The notes under the pieces are model-generated. The model made no database searches, was not told where the DNA came from, and saw only the letters and a program-made list of their open reading frames with translations. A stretch of DNA of 25,178 bases from Bdellovibrionota bacterium (lineage in GTDB: Bacteria > Bdellovibrionota_C > UBA2361 > OMII01): assembly GCA_044356215.1 (NCBI GenBank), contig JBIKWQ010000052.1, forward strand, positions 1 through 25,178. The letters are read 5' to 3'. How positions within the stretch are numbered: position 1 is the first letter of the stretch; the number at the start of each line of letters is the position of its first letter. Below, piece by piece: positions 23,115 through 25,178 of this stretch. The position numbers were made by a program, and so were the translations under genes.

Positions 23115-24968
23115 GTGCTGCGCTTTCTTAAGGCGATGATTGTCACCGTCAGCCGCGTATGGGAGCTAGACCTGCGCTCCCTCGCTCTCTTCAGGGTAGG
23201 GCTCGGCCTCTTAGTAATCGCCGATCTATACCTCAGATATCAGCCGGAGTTCTTTCAAGCTTTCCACACCGACGCCGGAGTCTTATCACGAAGCTTTCTC
23301 ATCGACTCGGTCGGCGACGCCTGGCGCCTCACCCCGCACCTGATGACCGGAACATCAGCGGGAATGACGGCCCTGTTTATCATTGAAGCTATCTGTGGAT
23401 TGCTCCTGGTAATCGGCTGGCATACACGCGCCATGACTGCCGCGTGTTGGCTACTAACATTGGGCCTGCAAAATAGAAATCCGATGGTCATACAGGGTGG
23501 CGATGTGTTCTTTCGCATGTTGCTCATAATAGGTTTCTTTCTTCCGTTGGGGGCTCGCTATTCGATCGATCGTCTTCTACAACCCGATACTGATGAGAGT
23601 AATAAAAAAGCCGATGAGACCAGCAACCTATTCGCTTCCGCGGCTGGACTTCTGCTCTCGGTTCAAGTAGTGAGCGTTTATTTCTTTTCAGGGTGGATTA
23701 AGTACCACGATCCGTCGTGGCAAACCGGACTCGGAGTGTACTACTCACTCGCCACTTATCAATTCGCAAGCGAGCTCGGAATACGGATATCAAAGTGGCG
23801 TGAGTTAATGTTTGTATCGAACTGGCTAGTTTTAGCGCTCGAGATAATCGCCCCTCTCTTTGTATTTTTTCCCCCGAGGAGTTTTCCGCGCATTCGTTCT
23901 ATTACAGTATTTGTATTCATGGGATTTCACATCTCAATTGTCGCCCTTATGTTCGTTGGGCTCTTTCCCTGGATTAGCATAGTGGCATGGATGCCGCTTA
24001 TTCCCTCGTGGTTCTGGGATCGCCTCTGCAAATTAATTCCCGCCCCTAATTGGGAGCATTTCTCCATTTACTACCGCGACAAAAAAGATATCTGTCATAG
24101 ATTAGCCGTCTACACATCTCGCTTCTTCGGAATACCCCGCAGCCAATTAATCGTGGGCGGATCAACGGGAAGCACCGATACCGAGGCTCCAAGTAACTGC
24201 ATCTACGCCTTCGACTCAGCGACCGGCAAGTTCTACGCCGGAGCTGAGCTTGCTTCCAATCTACTAAAGCGAAGAAGCGCTAACTGGTCCGAAGTTCCCA
24301 TCCTTAAACTCTTTACGATTCCACTTGAGCGAACCTACACGCTAGTTGCCTCCTCTCTGGCTTGGATCATGAGAACCCGCCTCAGACCACTCCTTGTGCT
24401 ATCATTTCGCGACACCCGATACATGTACGGAAGATCCGTATTGGCGCAGCTTATCTGTCTGGTCGGACTTTATGTTATTACTCTTTTTAATTTGGCCAGC
24501 CTCCCGCAGCTCAAATATTCGCCCTGGGTTATGCGCAACGATTGGGCGCACCTGCTAGGACTCGACCAAAACTGGGCGATGTTCTCTAGGCCATTTGTTG
24601 ACGATGGCTGGTTTGTTTTTCCAGGCAAATTAGCCGACAGCAGCGATATAGATGTATTCCGCGATGGGGCTCCAGTTACCTTTGAGCCACCTAAGCTAGT
24701 AGCCGCGACCTTCAAGGGGGATCGGTGGCGAAAGTATATGACAAATATATGGGCCTCTCGTGGTGAGAAGCACAGGCTTCCTTTCGGCCGCTATCTCTGT
24801 CGCACATGGAATTCAACTCACGCGGAGGCTCGCAGACTTGAGACATTCGAGATGGTTTATATGCGCCAAGACACTCGTCCAGATGGAACGAAGCAGCCGG
24901 CCACACCGGTCAAGATCTGGCGCCACGAGTGTTTTGACGGAATGTTGAAGAAGTGGGGAAAAAATTAA
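23115..24968 (+). CDS. HTTM domain membrane protein (vitamin K-dependent gamma-carboxylase-like N-domain) with a degenerate DCC1-like insert
   Basis: DLRSLALFRVGLG, LQNRNPMVIQGGD, LPLGARYSID, YFFSGWIK, FHISI, LGLDQNWAMFS, RWRKY and YLCRTWN motifs. GTG start abuts the upstream TAA; ATG 23136 is an alternative. Confidence 0.88.
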   Translation: MLRFLKAMIVTVSRVWELDLRSLALFRVGLGLLVIADLYLRYQPEFFQAFHTDAGVLSRSFLIDSVGDAWRLTPHLMTGTSAGMTALFIIEAICGLLLVIGWHTRAMTAACWLLTLGLQNRNPMVIQGGDVFFRMLLIIGFFLPLGARYSIDRLLQPDTDESNKKADETSNLFASAAGLLLSVQVVSVYFFSGWIKYHDPSWQTGLGVYYSLATYQFASELGIRISKWRELMFVSNWLVLALEIIAPLFVFFPPRSFPRIRSITVFVFMGFHISIVALMFVGLFPWISIVAWMPLIPSWFWDRLCKLIPAPNWEHFSIYYRDKKDICHRLAVYTSRFFGIPRSQLIVGGSTGSTDTEAPSNCIYAFDSATGKFYAGAELASNLLKRRSANWSEVPILKLFTIPLERTYTLVASSLAWIMRTRLRPLLVLSFRDTRYMYGRSVLAQLICLVGLYVITLFNLASLPQLKYSPWVMRNDWAHLLGLDQNWAMFSRPFVDDGWFVFPGKLADSSDIDVFRDGAPVTFEPPKLVAATFKGDRWRKYMTNIWASRGEKHRLPFGRYLCRTWNSTHAEARRLETFEMVYMRQDTRPDGTKQPATPVKIWRHECFDGMLKKWGKN

Positions 24969-25110
24969 GACGCGGTTTGGCTCGTAGTTAAGCCCATTTT
25001 TTAATGGAAACCGGTAGGTGTGCAAATCCCACGCCATGTATTTAGGGGAAATATACACGATCTATTCGATCGTCTCTCATCCGGCATCATATAATAAGAG
25101 CTGATTGCCT

Positions 25111-25178
25111 TAGGGAAGGCCGGCAAAACCCTCCCTACTGCGAAAGCGGATCTTGAGCTGCTCTTCGAGTTTTCGAGA
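25111..25178. mobile_element. Second copy of the RPE1-like element, cut by the window end
   Basis: TAGGGAAGGCCGGCAAAACCCTCCCTACTGCGAAAGCGGATCTTGAGCTGCTCTTCGAGTTT vs the reverse complement of the arm ending at 748, TAGGGAAGCGAGGCAAAACCCCTCCCTGCTGCGAAAGCAGATCTTTAGCTGCTCTTCGAATTT. Confidence 0.88.

Noticed and set aside
1..25178. tRNA, rRNA, integrase or transposase genes
   Set aside because: None recognised by eye on either strand.

Overview
Bacterial chromosomal window of roughly 50% GC by eye. The style of the large secreted proteins loosely suggests a Bdellovibrionota/Oligoflexia-like lineage, which is a low-confidence inference. Left to right: a leftward heavy-metal-type RND module (TolC/CzcC-like gene, then a CzcB/HelB-like adaptor missed by the ORF track and cut by the window edge); a rightward inositol monophosphatase, M14/DUF2817 peptidase and propeller-GT-C glycosyltransferase run; a convergent helical-repeat protein; a ~1.3 kb eroded islet bracketed by a duplicated 3' end of an EamA transporter gene, holding an internally deleted toxin and an intact XRE antitoxin; a hicBA pair; a 1488-aa ELWxxDGT-repeat protein; a cluster of short palindromic repeats; a Tat-exported GH28 coupled to an unannotated LVIVD-repeat pseudogene remnant; a Cys-rich/Gly-Ser-Thr-rich secreted protein; and an HTTM protein. 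The most striking feature is a 279-bp composite palindromic element (RPE1-like, with two more repeats nested inside) inserted in frame, with a TA duplication, into the lipoprotein signal peptide of the adaptor gene. A second copy of the outer element starts at the right edge of the window. All family assignments come from motif recognition only; no searches were run.
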